A stretch of DNA of 64,000 nt from Vulcanimicrobiota bacterium. Lineage in GTDB: Bacteria > Vulcanimicrobiota > Vulcanimicrobiia > Vulcanimicrobiales > Vulcanimicrobiaceae. Below the pieces are notes generated by a model. The model was not told the origin of the DNA, ran no database searches, and saw nothing but the letters and a program-made list of their open reading frames with translations. The stretch is from positions 128,001 through 192,000 of the forward strand of contig CAWHWQ010000004.1 in the NCBI GenBank assembly GCA_963833095.1, read 5' to 3'. A program made the position numbers and the translations under genes. Shown piece by piece: positions 10,259 to 18,985 of the stretch (the stretch's first letter is position 1; each line of letters starts with the position of its first letter).

Positions 10259-10978
10259 ATGTCGGTTTACCGATGTCATTTGGAACCGGATGTGTATGCC
10301 TTTGAGGCCGACGTGCTCCAAGCCAAGGAGGGTCGCGTCGTCCTTTCGCAGTCGTGGCTCCATCCCGGCGGCGGCGGCCAGCCTTCCGATCGGGGAACGA
10401 TAGAAAGCGCATCGAGTAGCGGGTGTATCACCGGCGTCGAAACCGCGGGAAACGTGGCCTGGCACCTCGTTGACGTTCCTCTTGTCGCAGGGGAACGGGT
10501 TCGTGTCACGATTGATCGCACCAATCGCAACGTCATCTCACAACTTCACACCGACACGCACATTCTCAATGCGCTCGTCTTCGCGGAATTCAGCGGGGCG
10601 CTTGTGACCGGAGCAAAGATCTCAGCCGATGGAACGGCGCACATGGATTTCGATCTTCCCGATGTCGACAATGACCGATTGCGCATGCTGGAAAAGCCGG
10701 TCAACGATGCAATCTCGGCTGCTCTCCCCGTTCGCGCAACGTACGTCACCATGGAGGAGGCATCACGCAGCAAAGGCTTGATCCGGAGTCTTTCCGTCTC
10801 GCCTCCGCCGACTCCCGACGGACGTTTCCGCGTTATTGACATCGAAGGCTTGGACCGCCAGGCCTGTGGTGGCACGCATCTTCAGGCGACAAACGAGTCA
10901 CTGCCCATCAGGATTGCAAAAATAGATAACAAAGGAAGGCGAAACCGCCGCGTCAGGATCGAACTCGTTCGCGCTTGA
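10259..10978 (+). CDS. alaX: AlaX-type alanyl-tRNA editing protein
   Basis: HPGGGGQPSDRG, HTDTH (HxxxH) and CGGTH Zn-binding motifs. Confidence 0.88.
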   Translation: MSVYRCHLEPDVYAFEADVLQAKEGRVVLSQSWLHPGGGGQPSDRGTIESASSSGCITGVETAGNVAWHLVDVPLVAGERVRVTIDRTNRNVISQLHTDTHILNALVFAEFSGALVTGAKISADGTAHMDFDLPDVDNDRLRMLEKPVNDAISAALPVRATYVTMEEASRSKGLIRSLSVSPPPTPDGRFRVIDIEGLDRQACGGTHLQATNESLPIRIAKIDNKGRRNRRVRIELVRA

Positions 10979-11009
10979 TAGAATTGCCTGCCACGCCGGT
11001 GCTTCTGTA

Positions 11010-11050
11010 TTGACATTGTTCGATTTATGGCTAATATCGAAATATGTCAA
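11010..11050 (+). promoter_or_regulatory. ars promoter overlapped by an inverted-repeat ArsR operator
   Basis: TTGACA(11010)-16 nt-TAATAT(11032); inverted arms TTGACAT..TTCGAT / ATCGAA..ATGTCAA. Confidence 0.75.
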
Positions 11051-11343
11051 TGCAACGTTTCGAGGCGCAAGCGGCGCTGCTCAAAGCGGCCGCCGATCCC
11101 TATCGCTTGACCATGCTCGCAACGTTGGCTGCGGCGCGCGAGGAGGTCTGCGTCTGCGAATTCACCGACGCGCTCCCGCTCAATCAGCCAACGGTTTCAC
11201 ATCATTTGCGCATCTTGCGCGAAGCGGGATTGGTGACGTGCGAACGCCGTGGCACGTGGGTGTACTACCAGCTCGCGCCTGATGCGAATGCGCGGCTTTC
11301 CGACGCATTGACAAACGTCTTTCGACAGAAAGCTATGGCATGA
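11044..11343 (+). CDS. arsR: ArsR/SmtB metalloregulator
   Basis: EVCVCE As-binding motif, [17 protein letters not shown] and RRGTWVYY. Confidence 0.92.
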   Translation: MSMQRFEAQAALLKAAADPYRLTMLATLAAAREEVCVCEFTDALPLNQPTVSHHLRILREAGLVTCERRGTWVYYQLAPDANARLSDALTNVFRQKAMA

Positions 11344-11368
11344 AGATCCACTTGGACGCGATGACGTC

Positions 11369-11800
11369 ATGCTGACGCGCGTGCTCTTCATCTGCGTCCG
11401 CAACAGCGCGCGCAGCCAGATGGCGGAGGCCTTTCTCAACGCGATGTGCCCTGACGAGTTCGTCGCCGAAAGCGCGGGGCTCGAGCCGGGTACGCTCAGC
11501 CCTCTCGCCGTGGCAGCGATGCGCGAAGTCGGCATCGATATTTCGGGGAAGTCAACCCAAAGCGTGTTCGATGTCTTCAAAGCCGGAACGTTGTATTCGT
11601 ACGTTATCACGGTCTGTGACGAGGCGGGCGCCGAGATGTGCCCGATCTTTCCGGGAATCGTGAAGCGCATGCACTGGGGCGTTCCCGATCCCGCCGCTCT
11701 GGAGGGGTCCTGGGAAAGCCGTATGAGCGAGACACGGAAGATACGCGATGCAATACGCGCGAACGTCGCCGAGTTCTGCGGGCAATTATGCCACGCCTGA
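11369..11800 (+). CDS. arsC: arsenate reductase (thioredoxin/LMW-PTP type)
   Basis: [12 protein letters not shown] (CX5R); ITVCD...CPIFPG resolving cysteines; HWGVPDP. Confidence 0.9.
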   Translation: MLTRVLFICVRNSARSQMAEAFLNAMCPDEFVAESAGLEPGTLSPLAVAAMREVGIDISGKSTQSVFDVFKAGTLYSYVITVCDEAGAEMCPIFPGIVKRMHWGVPDPAALEGSWESRMSETRKIRDAIRANVAEFCGQLCHA

Positions 11801-12498
11801 GTCAGCGCCTCGCAGCCGAAGCGATCGGGACGGCTTTTCTTCTTGCTGGGGTCGTCGGCTCGGGCATCATGGCGCAACGCCTTGCCGGCGGCAATGTGGC
11901 AATCGCTTTGCTTGCCAACACGCTTGCGACCGGCGGTGTGCTCATGTGTTTGATCGCGGCGCTCGGTCCAATCTCCGGCGCGCATTTCAACCCGGCCGTT
12001 TCCTTTGCTGACGCGATACGCGGCGGCCTAAAATGGGGCGAGGTCCCGCTCTACGTCCTGGCGCAAATCATCGGCGCACTCGTCGGCGTTGCAGCCGCGA
12101 ACACCATGTTCGGCCTTCCGCTCTTCTTCGTTTCACATCGCGCGCGAAGCGGACCAGCCCAATGGTTCGCAGAGTTCGTCGCGACGTTTGGGCTGTTGCT
12201 CGTGATTTGGGGATGCGTACGCTTCAAGTCGGCATTCGTGCCGTTCGCCGTCGCGTCGTACATCGTCGCTGCTTATTGGTTCACCTCATCGACGTCGTTC
12301 GCCAACCCTGCCGTAACGATTGCCCGCTCGCTATCCGATACGTTCGCCGGCATCCGTCCGCAAGATGCGCCGGGGTTTATCGCCGCGCAACTGCTTGGTG
12401 CGGTCGCTGCGACGCTGCTGTTTCAATGGCTCGCTCCCCTCGGCGCAAGCGACGCGCAAGACGTACTTCTGCCTCACGGAGAATCGCATGCCGCATAA
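11788..12498 (+). CDS. MIP/aquaporin family channel (ars-associated)
   Basis: Two NPA motifs (HFNPAV, FANPAV) and six TM segments; ATG at 11788 overlaps the arsC end. Confidence 0.9.
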   Translation: MPRLSQRLAAEAIGTAFLLAGVVGSGIMAQRLAGGNVAIALLANTLATGGVLMCLIAALGPISGAHFNPAVSFADAIRGGLKWGEVPLYVLAQIIGALVGVAAANTMFGLPLFFVSHRARSGPAQWFAEFVATFGLLLVIWGCVRFKSAFVPFAVASYIVAAYWFTSSTSFANPAVTIARSLSDTFAGIRPQDAPGFIAAQLLGAVAATLLFQWLAPLGASDAQDVLLPHGESHAA

Positions 12499-12916
12499 GC
12501 CTTTTATACTTTTCGTGTGTCGCCACAACACCGGCCGCAGCCAAATGGCCGAGGCTTACCTGCGTCAATTTGCCGGCGATGCAGTAGACGTAATGTCGGC
12601 CGGTACCGAGGCCGCCGACGCGCCGAACGCGGGCGTCGTCGCCGCGATGGCAGAGGACGGCATCGACATTTCGGCTGCTAGACCAAAGTTAATTGATCCG
12701 GCGGCGGCGGCGCGCGCGGACCGCGTGATCACGATGGGCTGCGACGTACAGGGCGTTCCGCGCATCGACGCCGATTGGTCACTGCCCGATCCGAAAGGAC
12801 AGCCGCTTGAGCGCGTGCGCGAGATTCGCGACATGGTCAAAGCCAAAGCGCAGGTCCTTGCCGGCGAACTCTTGCTTTGTCATCCCGAGCGTAGTCGAGG
12901 GATCGGCGGAATCTAG
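12488..12916 (+). CDS. arsC: second LMW-PTP/arsenate reductase-like protein
   Basis: CRHNTGRSQMAE, VITMGC and DWSLPDPKG motifs; C-terminus encoded by a REP. Confidence 0.8.
   Translation: MPHKPFILFVCRHNTGRSQMAEAYLRQFAGDAVDVMSAGTEAADAPNAGVVAAMAEDGIDISAARPKLIDPAAAARADRVITMGCDVQGVPRIDADWSLPDPKGQPLERVREIRDMVKAKAQVLAGELLLCHPERSRGIGGI
12878..12902 (+). repeat. GTCA-type REP
   Basis: TGTCATCCCGAGCGTAGTCGAGGGA, identical to the copies at 15360 and 30898. Confidence 0.85.
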
Positions 12917-13101
12917 TGATCGACGAACTTGGACGCTTCGCCTAACGTGGGATCGAGGCGCAGGGCTTCAAGCGCATACTTGCGCTCCTCATGTCCGCCC
13001 GGAACCTTGACACGCACCACGATTTCGTGCGGGTGCACGTCTTTGACCGTCCCCTCTTCGTGGGTTCCGTTGATGTAGACATGATCTCCGGGCTTTAGCA
13101 T
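12913..13101 (-). CDS. small SH3/KOW-like hypothetical protein (62 aa)
   Basis: LKPGDHVYI..GTVKDV...IVVRV beta pattern; GGAG RBS. Confidence 0.7.
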   Translation of the reverse strand: MLKPGDHVYINGTHEEGTVKDVHPHEIVVRVKVPGGHEERKYALEALRLDPTLGEASKFVDH

Positions 13102-13134
13102 GATGGATCTCTCCCTTCCTCAAATCATAGCTTC

Positions 13135-13878
13135 GTGAAGAACGTCTTGATAACCGGCGCCGGTCGCGGAATTGGTGCCGCGACCGCTCGTCTTGCGGCC
13201 TCGCAGGGCTATGGCGTGGCCGCCAACTACGTGCACAACGAGGCCGCCGTCACCGCGCTTGTTGCTGAAATTACCGCTGGGAGCGGACGCGCGGTGGCGA
13301 TTCTCGGCGACGTCGCCTCTGAGCGCGACATTCTGGCGATGTTCGAAACGGCCGAGCGCGAACTCGGAACCATCGACGCGCTGGTGACCTGCGCGGGCGT
13401 CAGCGGCGGTGTCTCGCGCGTTGAAGATGTGCGGGCTGAGGCTCTCGAGCGGGTTTTTGCCGTCAATGTGATCGGCACGATTCTGTGCGCGCGCGAAGCC
13501 GTGCGGCGTATGTCGACGCGTCACGGCGGAGCGGGCGGTGCGATCGTCACGCTCTCTTCGGCTGCGGCCAAGATCGGCTCGGCCAACGAGTGGGTGCACT
13601 ACGCCGCCACCAAAGGTGCGATCGATTCGTTTACGCTCGGACTTGCGCGCGAAGTCGGAAACGAAGGCATTCGTGTCAACGCGGTGGCACCGGGCTTGAT
13701 TGCGACTGAATTTCACGCCAACGCGGGCGCGCCCGAACGTCTGGAGCGTTTGCGCTCGACCGTGCCGATGCTGCGCGATGGTTCAGCCGAAGAAGTCGCC
13801 GATGCGATCCTCTGGCTGCTTTCGGATCATTCGTCATACATTACCGGCGCCGTCATCCCCGTCACCGGTGGCCGCTAA
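13135..13878 (+). CDS. SDR family oxidoreductase (YgfF-like)
   Basis: TGAGRGIG, YAATKG and GIRVNAVAPG motifs. Confidence 0.9.
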   Translation: MKNVLITGAGRGIGAATARLAASQGYGVAANYVHNEAAVTALVAEITAGSGRAVAILGDVASERDILAMFETAERELGTIDALVTCAGVSGGVSRVEDVRAEALERVFAVNVIGTILCAREAVRRMSTRHGGAGGAIVTLSSAAAKIGSANEWVHYAATKGAIDSFTLGLAREVGNEGIRVNAVAPGLIATEFHANAGAPERLERLRSTVPMLRDGSAEEVADAILWLLSDHSSYITGAVIPVTGGR

Positions 13879-13985
13879 TCCGTACGCTGACGTGCCCCTC
13901 GTCATCCGAGCGTAGGCTCGCTAAGGCTCCGCTAAACCTTAATTAGGGCTTGCATAATTAAAGATTACTGTGCTATCCCTTAATT

Positions 13986-15281
13986 GTGGCGCATAGAATT
14001 AAAGCTTCCTGGCCGCCGGCTCCCCGGCTCTCAGGCCTCTCCAACCGCGATCGCAAGGGCTGCAGCTACGAAGTCTACGTGCCTGACCCCCTCGTCGGTC
14101 GTCCCGTCGTGCTCGCCGGTCCTGAAGCCTCGGATGTTGCCGACGCAGAGCGCGCGATCCTCGAACTCGACCGCAGCGCTAAGGCCCTGGCAAATACCGA
14201 GGCGCTCGCGCATCTGCTGCTGCGAGCCGAGTCGGTAAATTCTTCCAAGATCGAGGGCCTCAAAGTTAGTCCACGCCGGCTTCTTCGCGCAAGTGCTGCG
14301 CGCGCTCACGGCGAGGAACCAAGCGACGTCACCGCGACCGAGGTCCTTGGAAATATCGATGCGATGAGCTTTGCCATTGACGCCATCAATCGCGGCAAGA
14401 GGTTCTCGGTCGATTTGCTCCGCGAGGTGCATCGAAGACTGGTCGCGTCAACACCGCTCGCGAAGATCGGCGGCACGATCCGCACGACGCAAAATTGGAT
14501 CGGGGGAAGCTCGTACAATCCGTGCTCCGCCAGTTACGTGCCGCCGCCACCGGAAATGGTGCACGATCTGCTGCTTGACCTCTGCGAGTTCTGCAATGGC
14601 GACGAGTTGCCGGTGGTCGTGCAGGCTGCGCTTGCGCATGCGCAGTTCGAGGCAATCCATCCATTTGCTGACGGCAACGGACGCGTCGGACGCGCGATCA
14701 TTCACATGATCTTTCGGCGCCGCCGCTTGACCACGTCGATCACGCCGCCGGTCTCGCTGGTCCTCGCAACGATGTCCAAGGATTACATCACCGGCCTCAA
14801 CGCCATGTGTTATCGTGGCGCGCCGACCTCGACGCAGGCCGTCGAAGGCTTCAGCCGCTGGATCGCGACCTTCGCATCCGCCTGTTCCCGCGCGGTTGCC
14901 GACAGCATCACCTTCGAACGCCGCATCAGCCAACTGCAACGAAAATGGCTGAGCAGGCTTGGACGCGTGCGCGCTGATTCCGCGGTGCTTCGTCTTCTTG
15001 AGGCACTCCCCGGTACGCCGATTGTGACCGCAGCGGAAGTGCGTGCGATGCTCGGCGTGTCGCTCCCCTCCGCCCTCCAGGCAATCGAGCGACTCACGAA
15101 TGCCGGAATTCTTCATCCTGCGACCGCGCGCCAACGCCGGCAAGTCTACGAAGCACGAGAGATCATCAATCTCTTCACCAGCCTCGAACGGCAACTCGCT
15201 TCGCCGACCGGTGATACGATCGTGGCGCGCCCGGCTCGGCGCGTTCCGGCAAACCCCGAGCGCCGCAAGCGCACGCGCTAG
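13986..15281 (+). CDS. Fic family protein with C-terminal HTH
   Basis: Intact HPFADGNGRVGR motif; ESVNSSKIEG inhibitory-type motif. Confidence 0.9.
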   Translation: MAHRIKASWPPAPRLSGLSNRDRKGCSYEVYVPDPLVGRPVVLAGPEASDVADAERAILELDRSAKALANTEALAHLLLRAESVNSSKIEGLKVSPRRLLRASAARAHGEEPSDVTATEVLGNIDAMSFAIDAINRGKRFSVDLLREVHRRLVASTPLAKIGGTIRTTQNWIGGSSYNPCSASYVPPPPEMVHDLLLDLCEFCNGDELPVVVQAALAHAQFEAIHPFADGNGRVGRAIIHMIFRRRRLTTSITPPVSLVLATMSKDYITGLNAMCYRGAPTSTQAVEGFSRWIATFASACSRAVADSITFERRISQLQRKWLSRLGRVRADSAVLRLLEALPGTPIVTAAEVRAMLGVSLPSALQAIERLTNAGILHPATARQRRQVYEAREIINLFTSLERQLASPTGDTIVARPARRVPANPERRKRTR

Positions 15282-15326
15282 TGCGTCGAGCCTATGTCTG
15301 AATCACAATAATGTTGGTAAGCGTCC

Positions 15327-15516
15327 TGTCAACCCTGAGCTTATCGAAGAGCCCCTCTTTGTCATCCCGAGCGTAGTCGAGGGACCGCCGCAATGTGTCG
15401 CCTGAGCTTATCGAAGAGCCCCTCTTTGTCATCCCGAGCGTAGTGGGTGAACGCTATGCGTTCACCCGCGTAGTCGAGGGACGGCCGCAATGTGTCACCT
15501 TGAGCGTGTCGAAGGG
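15327..15516 (+). repeat. mosaic REP cluster (BIME-like) of two alternating REP types
   Basis: GTCA(a)CC[C/T]TGAGC[T/G]T[A/G]TCGAAG[A/G]G x3 alternating with GTCATCCCGAGCGTAGTCGAGGGA x2; 44-bp direct repeat. Confidence 0.85.
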
Positions 15517-15523
15517 TCGGTCT

Positions 15524-16639
15524 ATGAGCAGCGTACGGGTATTGGTCGGCACGCGCAAAGGCGCGTTCATTCTCGATTCAGACGCCAAGCGCAACGCCTG
15601 GCGCGTGAGCGGCCCGCACTTCGCCGGCTGGGAGATTTACCACGTGAAGGGATCGCCGATCGATCCCAATCGACTCTACGCCTCGCAAAGCAGCAGTTGG
15701 TCGGGACAAGTGATGCAGCGCTCCGACGACGGCGGGGCGACCTGGGAGACGGTCGGCAATCAGTTCGCTTACGACGGCGTGCCGGGCACGCATCAGTGGT
15801 ACGACGGCACGCCGCATCCGTGGGAGTTCGCGCGCGTGTGGCATCTCGAACCATCGCTGACCGATCGCGACACGGTCTACGCCGGCGTCGAAGATGCGGC
15901 ACTCTTTCGCTCCACTGACGGCGGGCAGAACTGGAGTGAACTCTCCGGACTGCGCACGCATACCACGGGCTCATCCTGGCAACCCGGGGCAGGCGGCATG
16001 TGTTTGCACACGATTCTGCTCGATCCAAGCAACCCGCAGCGAATTTTCACCGCGATATCTGCCGCCGGCGCGTTTCGCAGCGACGACGCCGGCGTGACCT
16101 GGCGCCCGATCAACCGCGGCCTGCGATCCGCTCAAATTCCCGACCAAGACGCGGAGGTCGGCCACTGCGTGCATCGCATCGCGATGCATCCCTCCCGTCC
16201 CGACGTGCTCTTCATGCAGAAACACTGGGACGTGATGCGCAGCGACGACGCGGGCGACTCGTGGCATGAAGTCAGCGGCAATCTGCCGACCGATTTCGGC
16301 TTTGTGATCGATGTGCACGCGCACGAGCCCGAGACGATCTACGTCGTGCCGATCAAGAGCGACGCCGAGCACTTCCCAATCGATGGAAAACTTCAAGTCT
16401 ACCGCAGCCGCACCGGCGGTAACGAGTGGGAGGCGCTCACCAAGGGCTTACCCCAGCGCGATTGCTACGTCGACGTGTATCGTGACGCCATGGCCGTCGA
16501 TACGCTCGATGCATGCGGCATCTACTTCGGTACGACCGGAGGACAGGTGTATTGCTCGCCCGACGGCGGCGATTCGTGGAATACGATCGTCCATGACCTT
16601 CCCGCGGTGCTGTCGGTCGAAGTCCAAACGCTGCCGTGA
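15524..16639 (+). CDS. BNR/Asp-box beta-propeller protein (often annotated exo-alpha-sialidase/WD40-like)
   Basis: Repeated S-x-D-x-G-x-[T/S/N]-W boxes; VGTRKGAF N-terminus; true start likely ATG 15524. Confidence 0.88.
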   Translation: MSSVRVLVGTRKGAFILDSDAKRNAWRVSGPHFAGWEIYHVKGSPIDPNRLYASQSSSWSGQVMQRSDDGGATWETVGNQFAYDGVPGTHQWYDGTPHPWEFARVWHLEPSLTDRDTVYAGVEDAALFRSTDGGQNWSELSGLRTHTTGSSWQPGAGGMCLHTILLDPSNPQRIFTAISAAGAFRSDDAGVTWRPINRGLRSAQIPDQDAEVGHCVHRIAMHPSRPDVLFMQKHWDVMRSDDAGDSWHEVSGNLPTDFGFVIDVHAHEPETIYVVPIKSDAEHFPIDGKLQVYRSRTGGNEWEALTKGLPQRDCYVDVYRDAMAVDTLDACGIYFGTTGGQVYCSPDGGDSWNTIVHDLPAVLSVEVQTLP

Positions 16640-16932
16640 TCCGCGTGGTGCTGCCGGCACACCTCAAGTCGCTCGCGCGCGTCAACGACGAGGTGCAGTT
16701 CGACATCAACGGCACGGTCACAATGAGCGCGGTGGTTTCCGCCATCGAAGCGCGCTACCCGATGCTGCTCGGAACGATCCGCGATCGCACCACGCACAAA
16801 CGCCGTCCGTACATTCGTTATTTCGCCTGCGAACGCGACCTCTCGCACGACTCACCCGACGCGCCACTCCCCGAACCGATCGCCAACGGCAGCGAACCGC
16901 TCCTGATCATCGGCGCCATGTCCGGCGGCTAA
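16636..16932 (+). CDS. MoaD/ThiS family ubiquitin-like protein
   Basis: C-terminal [12 protein letters not shown] overlap with the upstream gene. Confidence 0.88.
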   Translation: MIRVVLPAHLKSLARVNDEVQFDINGTVTMSAVVSAIEARYPMLLGTIRDRTTHKRRPYIRYFACERDLSHDSPDAPLPEPIANGSEPLLIIGAMSGG

Positions 16933-16974
16933 CCCCTTGTCGAACGGGGTCACCAGCGTGATATGCTATCCGCA

Positions 16975-17244
16975 ATGAGCGCACAGCCTCTCGAAATCCA
17001 TATGGCCCGCCTCGAGGGCGCCTACGAGCAACTCAGTAAGCGCCTAGGCGATTTGAGTACGGCAGTCGATGCGCGCTTCGCGCAAGTCGATGCGCGCTTC
17101 GCGCAAGTCGATGCGCGCTTCGACGGGGTCGATAGGCGCTTCGACGGGGTCGATCGGAAGATCGACAATCTACAGTGGCGCATGACGTCACTCATCGTCG
17201 GTACGTGGATCACCACGATCCTCGCGATCATCCTAAGACACTAA
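16975..17244 (+). CDS. small heptad-repeat coiled-coil protein with C-terminal TM anchor
   Basis: VDARFAQ/VDRRFDG repeats and hydrophobic tail; TG-A-TATGCT 7 nt upstream. Confidence 0.8.
   Translation: MSAQPLEIHMARLEGAYEQLSKRLGDLSTAVDARFAQVDARFAQVDARFDGVDRRFDGVDRKIDNLQWRMTSLIVGTWITTILAIILRH
17065..17154 (+). repeat. in-frame 21-bp tandem repeat (~4.3 units)
   Basis: GTCGATGCGCGCTTCGCGCAA x2, then two GTCGAT..CGCTTCGACGGG variants. Confidence 0.9.
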
Positions 17245-17249
17245 TCATT

Positions 17250-17891
17250 CTACATCGGCTCTTTGATGCCGACGCGGATCAGCCACCAGTTCATCGGATA
17301 CGCCGTGATAAAGCCCACGAGCATTCCGATCTGCATCATGAACCAAAACGCCGGCGTGTTGGGCATCAGAGCGGGATGAAAGAACACGAAACTCATCAGC
17401 GCCATCCATCCGAAGAGCCCGATTTCAAATGCGGTGAGCGACAGCGTGTCGGCTTTAATGGCTGCCCACATGCCCGGCCAGAACGTCAGTCCGCGCATCG
17501 GCGCGATCGCGAAATACTGAAACACGATCCCGAATGCGTACGCGAGCGCATAATCGCCAACGTATTCCGCCAAAAGAACCGAACCGGCGACGCTCCAACC
17601 GGTGGCGAATATCAGCGACTCCGCAACGATGTCGCCGAGCGTGCAGCCGGCCCCGCAGTGTGAGACGTCAACCGCTACGCCCGCAGCGTAGGATTTTTCG
17701 GATGCGTTGGCCCAGGCGCGGTAGGCCCACACCGCCAGCGGACCGGCGTACAGCGCGGTAATCGGCCAGACCCAATTCATGATCGCCATGCGCTGCGGAC
17801 GGCGCAGCACATCGAGCAGAACGTATGCGGCGCACGCGAACGCAATAATCAGCGAGGCGATCGCGAGCGCGTTGAGCCAGGGCGCTACCAT
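17250..17891 (-). CDS. DUF4396 family membrane protein
   Basis: MNWVWPITALY, SHCGAGCTLGD, YPMNWWLIRVGIKEPM. Confidence 0.88.
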   Translation of the reverse strand: MVAPWLNALAIASLIIAFACAAYVLLDVLRRPQRMAIMNWVWPITALYAGPLAVWAYRAWANASEKSYAAGVAVDVSHCGAGCTLGDIVAESLIFATGWSVAGSVLLAEYVGDYALAYAFGIVFQYFAIAPMRGLTFWPGMWAAIKADTLSLTAFEIGLFGWMALMSFVFFHPALMPNTPAFWFMMQIGMLVGFITAYPMNWWLIRVGIKEPM

Positions 17892-17900
17892 GCGCCTATT

Positions 17901-18857
17901 TTACCCCAGCGGCCGAAGCGGCTCGGTGATCCGTGGATCGAGTGCGAGGACAATTTTGCCGCGCGCCTTACGACGTGCGAGCTCGGTATACGCCTCGCGC
18001 ACCATGGCAAAAGGATAGATTGCGGTAAGCGGCATGACGATCTCGCCCCATGCGATCATATTCGCGACCGACGCGAGCGTGTCGCGCGACGTTGCCGCCG
18101 CCGACCCGTCCGTTCGCACGCCGTACTTTTGGGCGCCGGCGAAATCGATGATCGTGTTGATACGCTCCGGTTTCGTGCCGAGTGTGACGGCAAGTTCGAC
18201 ATAGCCGCCGCCGAAAAGGTCGATGAATGCATCTAGACCTTCGGGAGCCGCGACCTTCAAGCGCTGCGCCAGCCCGTCGCCGTACGCGACGTGTTCGACG
18301 CCGAGGGAATTGAGAAACTGCGCGTTGTCTTGACTCGCGATGCCGATGACACGAGCGCCGGCACGTCGCGCGAGTTGAACTGCGAGCGACCCGACGCCGC
18401 CGGCCGCTCCGCTGATCGCGACGACGTCGCCCGGCTTTAATGCAACCGCGCGCACGGCCGCTACCGCGGTTGACGCAACAACGTGGAGACTGCCGGCGCG
18501 GAACCAATCGAGCGCCGCCGGCTTGTGGATGAGTTGCGACGCGCTGACCGCAACGAACTCCGCCTGGGCCGAGCGTTGGTCGGACCAACCAAGAACAAAA
18601 TCGCCCGGTGCAAAGTCCGTGACGCCTGATCCAACCGCGTCGACACGCCCCGAAAAATCGGCACCTTGCCCGAAAGGAAAGTTCATCGGGAACATATCCT
18701 TGAGCAATCCTTCGCGAATCGAAATCTCACCGGGGTTCGTCCCGGCGGCAATGACGTGTACGACGACCTCGCCCGCTTGCGGCGCGGGCTTCTGGACGTC
18801 GACGATTTTGAGTTGATCGAGGCCGCCGTACGCGGAAAGCTGCACAATTTTCGGCAT
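17901..18857 (-). CDS. NADP-dependent quinone oxidoreductase (MDR family)
   Basis: GEVVVHVIAAGTNP, GAAGGVG and ARGKIVL motifs. Confidence 0.9.
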   Translation of the reverse strand: MPKIVQLSAYGGLDQLKIVDVQKPAPQAGEVVVHVIAAGTNPGEISIREGLLKDMFPMNFPFGQGADFSGRVDAVGSGVTDFAPGDFVLGWSDQRSAQAEFVAVSASQLIHKPAALDWFRAGSLHVVASTAVAAVRAVALKPGDVVAISGAAGGVGSLAVQLARRAGARVIGIASQDNAQFLNSLGVEHVAYGDGLAQRLKVAAPEGLDAFIDLFGGGYVELAVTLGTKPERINTIIDFAGAQKYGVRTDGSAAATSRDTLASVANMIAWGEIVMPLTAIYPFAMVREAYTELARRKARGKIVLALDPRITEPLRPLG

Positions 18858-18985
18858 AGTGACAGCAAGAACACCCTCAAGGAGAACTCCGTTTCAACAT
18901 AGCCAAGTAGCCATTTCGTGTAACATGTATGTCAGGTTCGCATGATAGAAACGAACGGAGTCTCTCGCACATTCGGGGGTGTGAA

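Noticed and set aside
15327..15516. CRISPR array
   Set aside because: The intervening sequences are themselves repeated, units are dispersed elsewhere as REPs, and there are no cas genes
15395..15523. N-terminal extension of the propeller ORF
   Set aside because: Translation of the REP cluster; the family-like start is ATG 15524
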